Position numbers and translations under genes: made by a program. A stretch of 64,000 nt of DNA from Longimicrobiales bacterium (GTDB lineage: Bacteria; Gemmatimonadota; Gemmatimonadetes; Longimicrobiales; Gaopeijiaceae): positions 2,060,652 through 2,124,651 of the forward strand of contig OZ241869.1 in the NCBI GenBank assembly GCA_965202805.1, read 5' to 3'. The first letter of the stretch is position 1, and every line of letters begins with the position of its first letter. The notes below the pieces were generated by a model. It did not search any database, was not told where the DNA came from, and saw only the letters and a program-made list of their open reading frames with translations. This document shows positions 37,402-47,103 of this stretch, one piece after another.

Positions 37402-37418
37402 TCCGGCAAACAAAAGAG
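37375..37418. repeat. palindromic element (13/14-bp arms) overlapping the MetF-like stop codon; related in sequence to the hairpin at 41122..41173
   Basis: ctcttttgttcgcc (37375-37388) pairs with ggcaaacaaaagag (37405-37418). Its left arm gaaCTCTTTTGTtCGCCA compares with gacCCTCTTTTGTcCGCCA at 41122. Confidence 0.55.
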
Positions 37419-37620
37419 GGGCCGGCGATGAAAGCTGCACTCCCCTGATCTACGAGGACCTCCTGGCAGGCCGGCGGGAGTACAATTGTCGCGCCCATCC
37501 GGGTACTCTTGTGGCGCAGTTCGTGCAAGGTTCGGGGTTCGGGGGCGGTACCAGGCCCGCCGGTGCGGCGGAGCCGGGGTCGCCAAGCCCGTCAGTGGCT
37601 ACGGGAGGGACGTGGAAACG

Positions 37621-39957
37621 ATGTGCTCGCGATTCGCGGCGGGGACGCAGATCCTGCTTTCGCTCGTCGTCCTTGTCGCACCCCTGCCCGCATTCGCCCA
37701 GACGAACCAGCTGAGCGGTCGGATCCGGTCCGAGGACGGCCGTCCCGTCGAAGGGGCACTGGCGCAGGTCAACCCGGTTTCCGACTCGACGCGGGTCGAA
37801 TACACCCTTTCGGATGAGCTCGGCTTCTTCGCCTTCCGCAATCTCGAGCCGGGCGCGCACGTGCTCAGAGTGACCCGAATCGGTTTCGAGGAATACCGGG
37901 AACAGGTGACCGTCGAGGCCGAGGGGACCGAAGTCGAGGTCGCCATGACTTCGCAGGCCATCGAGATCGCGGGCATCACGGTCGAGGCCGAGCGCAGCCG
38001 CGCCAAGACCCGCTTCGAGGAGTCGGCCGGGATCACCGTGCAGGAGATCGAGGCCGCCGCCCTCAAGTCGCTCCCCATCATCGCCGAATCGGATCCGCTC
38101 CGGGCCATCGAGGTGCTTCCGGGCGTGACTACCGTTTCGGACTTCTCGGCGGCGTTCAACGTCCGCGGCGGCTCCGCCGACCAGAACCTCATCCTCCTCG
38201 ACGAGGTGCCGATCTTCAACCCGTTCCACCTGGGGGGCATCTTCTCCGTGTTCAACGCGGACATGGTGGACCGGGTCGAGTTGCAGTCCGGAGGCTTCGC
38301 GGCCGAGTACGGCGGGCGGGTCTCTTCGGTGTTGACCATCGAGAGCGATCCCGGGGACGGAGAGTTCGGGGTCGACGCGGGCATCAGCGTCCTGGCATCG
38401 CGCCTGGCGGTCAACGGAACGATTCCCGGGGGCGTCACCGAAAAACTGGGGTTCCAGACGACCCGCTGGCGCATGTCCGCGCGGCGTTCCTATCTGGACG
38501 TGCTCTTCAAGCCCTGGGTCGACTTCCCGTACCACATGTCGGACGTGCAGGGAGTCTTCGAGGCGTGGACGGGGCGCGGAAGCCGGCTCCGTTTCGTCGG
38601 GTACACGGGACGGGACGTCGTGGACCTCTCCGGAGTGGATGACACGCCTCTCCCGATCCGATGGTGGTGGGGGAACGACGCGATCGGCGGTTCGTGGACG
38701 CAGTCGATGAGCGGGGGCGCTTCGATGGCGGTTCGCGCCTCGCTGTCCCGCTTCGGATCCGATCTGTCCTTTCCGGAGGCCGACGCCGAGTTCAAGACCG
38801 GGGTCGAGCAGGCGAGCGTCGGCGCGGATCTCGAGTTGCTTCCCTCCTGGGCGACGCGCTGGAAGTCGGGGGTAAGCGCCAAGCAGGTCTCGTACGACAA
38901 CGGCCTGCTGGGGGGCGGGTCGACCTTCCTGGACCAGGAGGGGAGTGGTGTCGAAATCGCCGGATACAGCCAGGTGCACTGGGACCCCAGTCCGAACTGG
39001 CTGGTGGAGGGTGGCGTCCGTGCGGACTACTGGCGGCCGAACGCAGGTGAAACCGAAGCGACACTCTCGCCCCGGTTCGCCGTGCGGCGCTTCCTGCGCG
39101 ACAGGAACTCGGCGGTGCGCCTGGCGGCGGGCCGGTACAGCCAGTTCATCCACTCGACCCGGGACGAGGAGTTCCCCTTCGGGATCGACACCTGGGTGCT
39201 GGCGGGCGCGGAGGCCCCGCGCATCGTGTCCGACCAGGTGCAGGTAGGCGCCGAGACCTTCTTCGGCGAGGACGACGACTGGTTCGCGTCGCTCGAAGGC
39301 TATTACCGCACCTTCGACGGGGTCGCCGCGGTCAATGCGGTCGACGATCCCAACGACGACTCGGACGCGCTGGTGGCCGGAGATGGCGATGCCTACGGCG
39401 TGGACCTCTACGTGAAGAGGGACCGGGGCACGACCACCGGCTGGCTCTCCGTCTCGTTCCTGAAGACCCTCCGGTCCTTCCCGGACACCCGCGTCGGCAT
39501 CGAGCCCAAGCCCCTGATCACCTATCCCCCGGTTTTCGACCGCCGCTTCGAAGTCGATCTCGCCCTGCGCCGGCCCCTCGACTGGTGGGGGCTCGAAATC
39601 GGCGTCAGGGCCAATTTCGGAACCGGACTGCCGTTCACCAGGCCGCTCGGCACCTACCACGTATATCGCAGCCAGCTGACCAGCGGCGTCGCGGATCCCG
39701 ACGATGAGAATGCGGTGCTGCTCGGGCCGCGAAACGGCGCGCGCTACCCGTCCAGGCACCGGCTGGACCTGTCGTTCCGCAAGACCATCACGAAGGGGTG
39801 GGGCACGATGACGCCCTACCTGAGCGTGATCAACGTGACCAACAAGAAGAACGCGCTGTTCTACTTCTACAACTACGACGCCTCGCCCCCGACCCGGGAG
39901 GGCGTGTCGATGATCCCGCTCCTTCCCACGCTGGGCCTCGAGGCCTCGTTCCGGTGA
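37621..39957 (+). CDS. TonB-dependent receptor with N-terminal CarboxypepD_reg-like domain
   Basis: Signal peptide from ATG 37621. SGRIRSEDGRPVEGA...GFFAFRNLEPGAHVLRV. Plug motifs DPLRAIEVLPGV, FNVRGG and ILLDEVPIFNP. Long beta-barrel ending ...LGLEASFR. Confidence 0.85.
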   Translation: MCSRFAAGTQILLSLVVLVAPLPAFAQTNQLSGRIRSEDGRPVEGALAQVNPVSDSTRVEYTLSDELGFFAFRNLEPGAHVLRVTRIGFEEYREQVTVEAEGTEVEVAMTSQAIEIAGITVEAERSRAKTRFEESAGITVQEIEAAALKSLPIIAESDPLRAIEVLPGVTTVSDFSAAFNVRGGSADQNLILLDEVPIFNPFHLGGIFSVFNADMVDRVELQSGGFAAEYGGRVSSVLTIESDPGDGEFGVDAGISVLASRLAVNGTIPGGVTEKLGFQTTRWRMSARRSYLDVLFKPWVDFPYHMSDVQGVFEAWTGRGSRLRFVGYTGRDVVDLSGVDDTPLPIRWWWGNDAIGGSWTQSMSGGASMAVRASLSRFGSDLSFPEADAEFKTGVEQASVGADLELLPSWATRWKSGVSAKQVSYDNGLLGGGSTFLDQEGSGVEIAGYSQVHWDPSPNWLVEGGVRADYWRPNAGETEATLSPRFAVRRFLRDRNSAVRLAAGRYSQFIHSTRDEEFPFGIDTWVLAGAEAPRIVSDQVQVGAETFFGEDDDWFASLEGYYRTFDGVAAVNAVDDPNDDSDALVAGDGDAYGVDLYVKRDRGTTTGWLSVSFLKTLRSFPDTRVGIEPKPLITYPPVFDRRFEVDLALRRPLDWWGLEIGVRANFGTGLPFTRPLGTYHVYRSQLTSGVADPDDENAVLLGPRNGARYPSRHRLDLSFRKTITKGWGTMTPYLSVINVTNKKNALFYFYNYDASPPTREGVSMIPLLPTLGLEASFR

Positions 39958-41033
39958 TGGGCGGAGCGGGTTGGTCCAGTAGGCCCACGCGCGCGAGACA
40001 CCCGGACGTCCGCCAGCAGTTGCGCCTGCCGCTCGGCCGATCGCGGCGGCCCCGCGGGTCGGGTCCGTGTGCGGCCCTGAGCGCCCTGGCGGCGACGGCC
40101 GTCCTGCTGGGAGGTTGTGAACTCACCGAGGTGACGCTCGCGGAATCGGACGACGTGGTGATCGCCGAGACGCGGCTCGTCCTGAATCTCGAGAGCGGGG
40201 ACCGGGCAGCGTCCCTGGATGCGTACACGTACCTGCACCGTACGCTCAGCGCCGCGCGCGGGGACGAGGTGGAGGGAGCCATCGTGCGCCTGTCCGGTGC
40301 GTCGGGCGGAGTCGTTCATCTCGATCCGACGAACGACGGCAACGCGTGCCTCAGCTACGACCCGGACGAACCAAACGAGGATGTCGGTTCCTGTTACCGG
40401 GCGGTCGTCTCCCCTTCCCCCTTCGCTCCCCGCGAGGTCATCGAACTCGAGGTGACCCTGGCCGACGGCGGCACCCTCACCGCATCCAGCCGAATCCCCG
40501 GCCCCTTCGACTTCGTCGGGCTCACCCACGAGGACGGGCACTGCCGCATCGAGCCCGATACCAACTACCGATTCAACTGGACCGAGGCGGCGGGCACGTG
40601 GTCGTACCTGTCCGACACCTGGATCAGGGGATTGCCCGAGGCCCTGGCCGGGCGGGACATCGAGGTGCCCGACTCGGTATACCTGACCGGTTTCGGGATC
40701 GGCCGGGAGGACACGGATGTCCTCTTCCCCGGGGAATACGGGCTGTTCGACATAGTCGACGACGTCGAGACCGACCTGCTGCGCATTCTCGACGACGGCC
40801 TCCCCGGCGGCGCCTGGGGCCGGATCGCGTTCGCCGCCACCGACCGAAACTGGGTGAACTGGATCCGGGGCGGAAACTTCAACCCTTCGGGGATCATCCG
40901 AATCCCCTCCGTCTTCGGAGAAGGGACCGGCTTCTTCGGCACGGCGACGCAGCGCGTGCTCCACGTCCGGGCTGCCCCCGGCGGCGACGGCATGCCGCCG
41001 CTCTGCGGACCTACCGCGCCTCCGGATTCCTGA
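39957..41033 (+). CDS. lipoprotein, DUF4249-like (TonB-receptor-associated)
   Basis: The ATG overlaps the receptor stop (TGATG). Lipobox LLGGC. The family assignment rests mostly on its position after a CarboxypepD_reg-type receptor. Confidence 0.55.
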   Translation: MGGAGWSSRPTRARHPDVRQQLRLPLGRSRRPRGSGPCAALSALAATAVLLGGCELTEVTLAESDDVVIAETRLVLNLESGDRAASLDAYTYLHRTLSAARGDEVEGAIVRLSGASGGVVHLDPTNDGNACLSYDPDEPNEDVGSCYRAVVSPSPFAPREVIELEVTLADGGTLTASSRIPGPFDFVGLTHEDGHCRIEPDTNYRFNWTEAAGTWSYLSDTWIRGLPEALAGRDIEVPDSVYLTGFGIGREDTDVLFPGEYGLFDIVDDVETDLLRILDDGLPGGAWGRIAFAATDRNWVNWIRGGNFNPSGIIRIPSVFGEGTGFFGTATQRVLHVRAAPGGDGMPPLCGPTAPPDS

Positions 41034-41121
41034 GAGACCGCATACGCCGGACTGCCTCGGGTACGCAGATCGGCTCGTGATCAAGCCGCGCGACCCCTGG
41101 AAGACATAGTCCACTCCCATG

Positions 41122-41173
41122 GACCCTCTTTTGTCCGCCACTTTTCGGCTGTTGTGGCGGACAAAAGAGGGTC
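41122..41173. terminator. perfect 20-bp-stem hairpin (12-nt loop) between convergent genes; probable bidirectional terminator / REP-like element
   Basis: gaccctcttttgtccgccac (41122-41141) pairs with gtggcggacaaaagagggtc (41154-41173). It generates the mirror-image artefact ORFs that begin MADKRGS on both strands. Confidence 0.7.
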
Positions 41174-41228
41174 GCGGGTGAATGATGCCCGCAGTGTGCC
41201 CCAGCGGGGGTCGAACCGTGTTCGCGCC

Positions 41229-43379
41229 CTAAGGCGCCAGCGGGTCCGGCCGCAACTGGAACTGGAGGACCTTGCTGGGCGTTCCCTTGCCGCCCTCCAT
41301 GTGGAAGGGCGCGCGCGTGCTCACGGTCGCCCACAGGCCCCTTCCCTTCCATCCCCCGTCCGGGTCGTCGATGCGGCCGTCCAGCCACTTGGTGTAGAAG
41401 CCGAGCGGATAGGGGACCCGCAGAACGATCCATTCACCGTCCACGAGGGCCAGCAGCCCTTCGGAGGCGTTGCCGGTGTTGATGGGCACGTTATCGCCCA
41501 GCCCGAAGACGTTGAACTGGTCGACCCAGGTGTAGTAGCTCGCCTCGGCGCTGCCGGGAGCGGTCACACCCCGGATCTGCGGGAGCGGCTCCCGGTGGAA
41601 GGTCCAGCCCTCCGGGCAATGCTGGCCCGTGGCCTCCGGACCGTTGAGCGGCCCCGTGCACTTCGTGCGGTCGAAGCTGGCCATGTGCCCGCTGGCGAGC
41701 GCCACCCACATCACCCCGTTGCGGTCGATGTCCCCGCCGCGGGGCGAGAACCCTTCGATGGGCGCGCCCGAGACGTCGAGCGGCAGCTCGTACAGCTCCG
41801 CGAGCGCCGTCGCCGGGGGGTTCGGACCCGGATCCAGCCGGACCACCGCCCCCGGGTAACCGAGTGACGTCGCCCACACTGACCCGTCCGGAGCAGGCGC
41901 GACGGAGTAGAAGCCCGCCACGACCCGCTTGTCCATCGCGGGGTCGACCGGCTCGTCGGGCTCGACGTAGTCGTCGCGCCGGCCGTTGCCGTTTGTGTCC
42001 AGGATGAGCGCGGTCCAGCCCTGCGAGGCCTCCTCGTCGCCGGTCTCCTCGAACATCCTCGTATTGAGCCAGCCCACGACCTGTCCGCCGCCACTCGTCC
42101 AGAGCGTGTTGTCCTCGTCCTCGGCGAACATGAGATGGTGCGTGCTGAAGCAGGTGCGGATATGGGTGAGCTCCTGCGTCTCCGGGTCCCAGAGCTGGAG
42201 ATGGCGCCGGGCGCTGTTCGTCGGAAAGAGCCTCGCCGACGGGTGGTCCGACCCCTCGCGACAGAAGTCCGGATTCGCGGGCGGAGCCACCGTGGAGGTG
42301 AGCCAGAGCCGCCCCCGCTCGTCCAACATCGGGTTGTGGACGTTGTTCTTGCTCGTCCAGATGACTTCGTCTCCCCAGTAGGGCGAGGGCTCGGGCATGC
42401 CCGGACCCGATGCGGGCTGCGTGCTCGCATCGCGCACCGTCAGCGGGATCCGGGTCGCCGCGTGGTCCACCGGATCCAGCACCGGCACATAGTCCGCGCT
42501 GGCCTCGAGCGCCCCGTAGATGGGACCATAGGCGTTGACCGTCGGATCGCGCCGGTCGGTGGAGACCTCGTCGTGGAGGTAAGCCCTGGGATCGGCCCAG
42601 TCCCACAGCGTGACGACCACGTTGCGCTCGATGCCCTCGGGCCGCGGAGGCGCCTCCGCCGGCACTTCGCCCGCCGCGATGCGGTCGGTCCAGTCCGCGA
42701 ACATCTCGAGCATCCGCTGCCGGCCCATGCGGTTGAAGCCGCCGCTCATGCCCCCGCCGGCCTGCCCCGACTTGATGCGCCGGTCCCAAGCGTCCACCGA
42801 GGAGGCGAACTCGCCCAGTTCCGCCGGGATGTTGCGGGTGCCGAGGCCGCCCATCTGATGGCAGGCCGTGCAGTTGCCCGACTTCAGGAGCCGCATGAGC
42901 TGCGCCTGGTGCTCAAGGTTGGGCGAGATCCCGTTCCCCTCGTCACCGGTTCCCGGGAACTCGTGCTCCTCCGGCACCTGGAGCAGCGACAGCCAGTAGC
43001 CTGCGGGGTAGTATTCCGCGGCTGCGCGGGCGTCGGGCGCCGGCACCGCGGTCAGGTCCAGGGCCGCGCCCGGCGAGGCGCCCACCTTGTCCGAATCCAC
43101 CAGGCCGTACCCGCGCACCCACACCTCATAGCTCGCCTCGGGCAGGTCGGGAATCAGGTATCGCCCCTCGTCGTCGGTTACGACGATCCGGGCGAAGCGG
43201 GTGGGGAGGTCGAGCGTCTCCGCGATCACCCAGACGCCGGCTTCGGGACCGTTCGCGCCGGTCACGACGCCGCTGATGTCGTCGGCATCAATGGCGGGTG
43301 TGTCGGCAGCGGGTTCGCAGGCGGTGAGCGCGGTCAGGGCCGCGACTGCGCCCGCGCAAAAAATACGCCAATTCCTCAT
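41229..43379 (-). CDS. secreted CarboxypepD_reg-like domain protein with one c-type haem motif and a large beta-rich C-terminal region
   Basis: Lipobox or signal LTALTAC. GVVTGANGPEAGVWVIAE...DDEGRYLIPDLPEASYEVWVRGYG. Single CxxCH (NCTACHQMGG). ATG 43379 lies 6 nt after GGGAGG; ATG 43385 is an alternative start. Confidence 0.7.
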   Translation of the reverse strand: MRNWRIFCAGAVAALTALTACEPAADTPAIDADDISGVVTGANGPEAGVWVIAETLDLPTRFARIVVTDDEGRYLIPDLPEASYEVWVRGYGLVDSDKVGASPGAALDLTAVPAPDARAAAEYYPAGYWLSLLQVPEEHEFPGTGDEGNGISPNLEHQAQLMRLLKSGNCTACHQMGGLGTRNIPAELGEFASSVDAWDRRIKSGQAGGGMSGGFNRMGRQRMLEMFADWTDRIAAGEVPAEAPPRPEGIERNVVVTLWDWADPRAYLHDEVSTDRRDPTVNAYGPIYGALEASADYVPVLDPVDHAATRIPLTVRDASTQPASGPGMPEPSPYWGDEVIWTSKNNVHNPMLDERGRLWLTSTVAPPANPDFCREGSDHPSARLFPTNSARRHLQLWDPETQELTHIRTCFSTHHLMFAEDEDNTLWTSGGGQVVGWLNTRMFEETGDEEASQGWTALILDTNGNGRRDDYVEPDEPVDPAMDKRVVAGFYSVAPAPDGSVWATSLGYPGAVVRLDPGPNPPATALAELYELPLDVSGAPIEGFSPRGGDIDRNGVMWVALASGHMASFDRTKCTGPLNGPEATGQHCPEGWTFHREPLPQIRGVTAPGSAEASYYTWVDQFNVFGLGDNVPINTGNASEGLLALVDGEWIVLRVPYPLGFYTKWLDGRIDDPDGGWKGRGLWATVSTRAPFHMEGGKGTPSKVLQFQLRPDPLAP

Positions 43380-43526
43380 GTCCATCCTCCCGCTCAGGCC
43401 TTCCCGAGACACACAACCCGGGTACTCTGATTGATAGGCGGGAGCGTGATGGCGGGCCAGCGACGAGGGTTCGTGTGTAGTACAGATCACAGAGTGGCAA
43501 CGGTCGTCAAGCAGGAGACGCGGTAG

Positions 43527-43970
43527 ATGTCACACACAGGGCGATCGCCTGGTAGCCCGGAGAGGAAACCGAAACTCCTCTCCGGCGGCAACCCCCAGAT
43601 CCCGAAGGGCGACGGGGACGCGCCCGTGCAGGCCTACCTCGCGGCCATGCCCGGCTGGAAGCGCGACGTCGGCCGCTACCTCGACGGGCTGATCGAGCGC
43701 AGCGTGCCCGATGTCCGCAAGGCGGTCAGATGGAACTCGCCCTTCTACGGCATCGAGGAGCAGGGCTGGTTCCTCGCCTTCCACTGTTTCACCAAATACG
43801 TCAAGGTGACCTTCCTCAACGGTGCCTCGCTGCGCCCCGTTCCGCCGGTGGCGTCAAGGCACGAGCACGTGCGCTATTTCCACATCCACGAGGAAGACGA
43901 GCCCGACGAGGAGCTCCTGGTGAGCTGGATCAGGCAGGCGTCGGCGCTGCCGGGAGAGAAGGTCTTCTAG
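43527..43970 (+). CDS. DUF1801 (YdhG-like) domain protein
   Basis: 147 aa. ...AYLAAMPGWKRDVGRYLDGLIERSVPDVRKAVRWNSPFYG...VKVTFLNGASL matches the DUF1801 pattern as I recall it. Confidence 0.7.
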   Translation: MSHTGRSPGSPERKPKLLSGGNPQIPKGDGDAPVQAYLAAMPGWKRDVGRYLDGLIERSVPDVRKAVRWNSPFYGIEEQGWFLAFHCFTKYVKVTFLNGASLRPVPPVASRHEHVRYFHIHEEDEPDEELLVSWIRQASALPGEKVF

Positions 43971-45118
43971 TCGCGTCGGGCCGGAACATTCGCGAAGAGG
44001 CCGTTCTGAGTCCCTGAATTCGCGGTCACGATGTCGGGGAACCCGTCGCCGTTCAGATCCCCGATCCCCAGCCCGTAGGTCGAGCAGTCCGCGCACCCGA
44101 AGCGGAACTCGTCGAACGCCGAGGGCCCGCCGCCCAGGTTGAAGTAGACCGCGTTCCGCGCGCCCACGTTCGCAACGACGATGTCCGCGTCCCCGTCGAG
44201 GTCCAGGTCCGCGAGATGGACCGCGTAGCTCTCGTCGTCGGCCGGTCCGAACGGCATGCTGCGCTCGAACCGTCCCGATCCGTCACCGAAGTACACGCCG
44301 TTCGGCTCGCCGATGTTCGCCGTCACGATGTCCAGGACACCGTCGCCGTCCATGTCGCCCACCGCCACACCGCGCGTCTCGTCGCTCCCGGTTCCGTACC
44401 CGCTCACCCGTTCGAAGCTGCCGCCATCGTTCCAGTGGATGGTGTTCGCTCCACCGTCCCGGTTGGCGAGCACGAGATCCGGGTCCCCGTCGCCGTCGAG
44501 GTCCGCGGCGACGACATCGATCGTAGAGTCGTCCCCGGCCCCGAACGGCGTTCGCTCGCGGAAGGCTCCCGAGCCGTCTCCATGGAAGATGAAGTTCTGG
44601 CGGCCGCGGTTCACCACCAGGATGTCCACGTGCCCATCCCCGTCCAGATCGGCCAGCGTCAGGCTTCGCGTCGAACTTGGGGTGCCGAAGGCGGCGCCGG
44701 CCTCGAATCGGCCTGTTCCGTCGTTGAAGAAGATGAGGTTGCGCGTGCGATCGTTCCCCACCGCGACATCCAGGTCTCCGTCGCCATCGAAATCGGCGAG
44801 CGGGACGGCGTAGCTGCCCGCCTCTTCCTCCCCCAGCCGCCGCGCCAGCGTGAAGGCGGCTCGTCCATCGTTGAGGTAGACCCGGTTCTGCCCGGGCCAG
44901 TGGCGGCCGTTGGCGACGACCACGTCGAGTGCCCCGTCGGCGTTCACGTCGCCCAGGCTCACCGAGGCCGTCAGCTCGCTGCCTCCGCCCAGGGGTCTGA
45001 GGGGGCGGAAGGTGCGGTCCTGGCCCACCAGGGGGGTCGCGGCGAGGGCGAATGCGAGAACAAGGGCTGCTGCGACTACTTTAAGGATGCACGGCTCATC
45101 GATGGCCGGATGCCTCAT
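43967..45118 (-). CDS. FG-GAP/VCBS repeat protein (secreted)
   Basis: Signal peptide. At least 6 repeats of the DxDGDGxxDxVVxN type (DVNADGALDVVVAN, DFDGDGDLDVAVGN, DLDGDGHVDILVVN, ...). Confidence 0.8.
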   Translation of the reverse strand: MRHPAIDEPCILKVVAAALVLAFALAATPLVGQDRTFRPLRPLGGGSELTASVSLGDVNADGALDVVVANGRHWPGQNRVYLNDGRAAFTLARRLGEEEAGSYAVPLADFDGDGDLDVAVGNDRTRNLIFFNDGTGRFEAGAAFGTPSSTRSLTLADLDGDGHVDILVVNRGRQNFIFHGDGSGAFRERTPFGAGDDSTIDVVAADLDGDGDPDLVLANRDGGANTIHWNDGGSFERVSGYGTGSDETRGVAVGDMDGDGVLDIVTANIGEPNGVYFGDGSGRFERSMPFGPADDESYAVHLADLDLDGDADIVVANVGARNAVYFNLGGGPSAFDEFRFGCADCSTYGLGIGDLNGDGFPDIVTANSGTQNGLFANVPARRD

Positions 45119-45218
45119 GTCTTCCTCCTCTCTGCCTCGCGTGCGTCTGACGTTGCCGCTCCAGGGTTCCCACTGAGAATTCGAGTAAGGCAGGGCTGTC
45201 TTGCGGAAGCGTCGCCCC

Positions 45219-46493
45219 TCACCACCCCAACACCCCCGGCAGCCACAACACCACCCCCGGCACCACCGCGATCACGACCGTAAGCCCAAGCATCAGCGCC
45301 AGATACGGCCACAGCGGCCGCGCCACCTCCGCCGGCTCGACCCCTCCTACCGAGCAGGCCACGAGCAGGCTCACCCCCACGGGCGGCAGGAACACGGAGA
45401 TCCCCTGGGTCGCCACGATGACGGCGCCGTAGTGCACGGGGTCGATCCCGAGCTGCGTCGCCAGGGGCAGCAGGATCGGCGTCAGCAGGACGACCGCGGG
45501 CACGCCCTCGAGGATGGCCCCGAGCGGCAGAAAGACGAGGATGGTGAGGATCATGAAGCCGGCCTGCCCGCCCCCCATCCCCACCACCGACGACGCCAGC
45601 GCCTGGGGCACCTGCATGACCGCGAGCACCCAGCCGAGGAGGCGTGCGGCGCCCACCACGAACAGCACCATCCCCGACACCATGGCGGTCTGGACGACCT
45701 TGGCCCACAGGTCCCGGACGGTGAGCGACCGGTACACCGGGCCGGCCAGCACGAGCGCGTAGGCGACGGCGACGGCCGCGGCCTCCGTGGGCGTGAAGAG
45801 CCCGAAGCGGATGCCGCCCAGGATGACCACGATCATGAAGAGGGGGAGCAGGGCGTCGACCGCCGCGCGCCGGACCTCCGCGAGGGATGCGCGCTCCCCT
45901 GCCGGCCATCCCTGCCGCCGCGCCTGCCACCCGATCAGGGTCATCAGGCCCACCGCGATCAGGAGCGCGGGTACGATCGACGCGACGAACAGGGCGCCGA
46001 TGGAGACGTTGCCGATGACGCCGTAGACGACCATCACGATGGCCGGGGGAATGAGGATCCCCATCCCGCACGCGGCCGACACGATCGCGGTGGCTCGCGC
46101 CCGGCCGTATCCGTTCGCTCTCAGCTGCGGCACCATGATGCCCCCGATGGCGGCCGCGTCCGCGGAGGTGGAGCCCGACACCCCCGAGAAGAACATCTCC
46201 GCCATGATGACCACCTGCCCGAGCCCCCCGGGGAGATGCCCCACGAGCGCCCGCGCCAGCGCCACCAGGCGGCGGCTGATCCCCCCGACGTCCATCAGGA
46301 AGCCGGCCAGAATGAAGAGGGGGACGGCGAGCATGGGGAAGGAGTCCATCCCCGCGACGATCTGCTGCGGGATGATGACGAGCGGGAGGTCCGCGACCAC
46401 GATGGCGACCACGGCCGCGATCGCGAGCGCGAAGCCGATGGGCACGGCGGCCAGCACCAGGAGCCCGAAGACGCCAAGGAGAAAGGCGCCCAT
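45219..46493 (-). CDS. dctM: TRAP transporter large permease
   Basis: 424 aa. MGAFLLGVFGLLVLAAVPIGFALA..., PLFILAGFLM..., FFSGVSGSTSADAAA. The start overlaps the dctQ stop (TGATG). Confidence 0.9.
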   Translation of the reverse strand: MGAFLLGVFGLLVLAAVPIGFALAIAAVVAIVVADLPLVIIPQQIVAGMDSFPMLAVPLFILAGFLMDVGGISRRLVALARALVGHLPGGLGQVVIMAEMFFSGVSGSTSADAAAIGGIMVPQLRANGYGRARATAIVSAACGMGILIPPAIVMVVYGVIGNVSIGALFVASIVPALLIAVGLMTLIGWQARRQGWPAGERASLAEVRRAAVDALLPLFMIVVILGGIRFGLFTPTEAAAVAVAYALVLAGPVYRSLTVRDLWAKVVQTAMVSGMVLFVVGAARLLGWVLAVMQVPQALASSVVGMGGGQAGFMILTILVFLPLGAILEGVPAVVLLTPILLPLATQLGIDPVHYGAVIVATQGISVFLPPVGVSLLVACSVGGVEPAEVARPLWPYLALMLGLTVVIAVVPGVVLWLPGVLGW

Positions 46494-46969
46494 CAGCCCG
46501 ACCGCCCGCCCACCCAGCCTGCCACCATGTGCACCACCATCAGCACGCCCGACACCGGTGCCGCCGCGTAGACCAGCGCGACAGGCAGGTTCAGCGCCGG
46601 GGAGCGCTCTCCCATGGTGAGATCCATGAGCGCGATGCCCGTGCCGATGAGGATGAGCGAGAACAGGAGCACGACCGCCCCCGCGAACCTCTCCACGACC
46701 CTCTTCGCCCGCGGGGCCAGCGCCTTTGTGACCTGGTCGAACCCGAAGTGGGCCCGGTGCTCCACGGCCAGCGAAGCTCCGAGCAGCGACAGCCAGATGA
46801 AGCAGAAGCGCGACACCTCTTCGCTCCACGGATTCGGATGGGCGAAGAGATACCGCATCAGGACCTGGAGCAGGACGACCGCGGCGACCGTGACCACGAG
46901 GACGCCCGCGGCACGGGTTTCGAGTACGACGAGGAACCGGTTGAGCGTGCGGAGTCGGCGGAGCAACAT
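46493..46969 (-). CDS. dctQ: TRAP transporter small permease
   Basis: ATG 46969 with GAGGAGAGG SD. 158 aa with four TM segments (...WSEEVSRFCFIWLSLLGASLAV...). Lies immediately upstream of dctM. Confidence 0.8.
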   Translation of the reverse strand: MLLRRLRTLNRFLVVLETRAAGVLVVTVAAVVLLQVLMRYLFAHPNPWSEEVSRFCFIWLSLLGASLAVEHRAHFGFDQVTKALAPRAKRVVERFAGAVVLLFSLILIGTGIALMDLTMGERSPALNLPVALVYAAAPVSGVLMVVHMVAGWVGGRSG

Positions 46970-47103
46970 GGGCCTCTCCTCGTTGACAGCCCTCGCGGTC
47001 CTGAATGAAGATGAACCATAACCCGGAGCAGCCCGGATTAACAGCGCCATATGCCGGACGACGCCAAGCCGGAATCGTGATTCTCGCTGCAAGGAGGATT
47101 GCC

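Noticed and set aside
37402-37620. Possible cobalamin or other riboswitch in the 220-nt leader of the TonB-dependent receptor
   Set aside because: I could not find a B12 box (AGYCMGGAGACCKGCC-like) or the GGGAA/GCCACTG cores, nor TPP or other motifs I know. Only the palindromic element at 37375..37418 stands out. A covariance-model scan (Rfam/Infernal) would settle this.
41195-41235. tRNA-like T-arm string (gggggtcgaaccgtg), and a general search for tRNA, integrase or att sites bounding the lower-GC regions
   Set aside because: No cloverleaf can be built around it, and it lies at the 3' end of a protein-coding gene. I found no tRNA, integrase, transposase or flanking direct repeats anywhere in the window.
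39873-41867. Two ORFs (39873..41141 minus and 41154..41867 plus) that both start MADKRGS
   Set aside because: The identical N-termini are produced by the two arms of the 20-bp inverted repeat at 41122..41173. Both ORFs overlap better-supported genes on the opposite strand.
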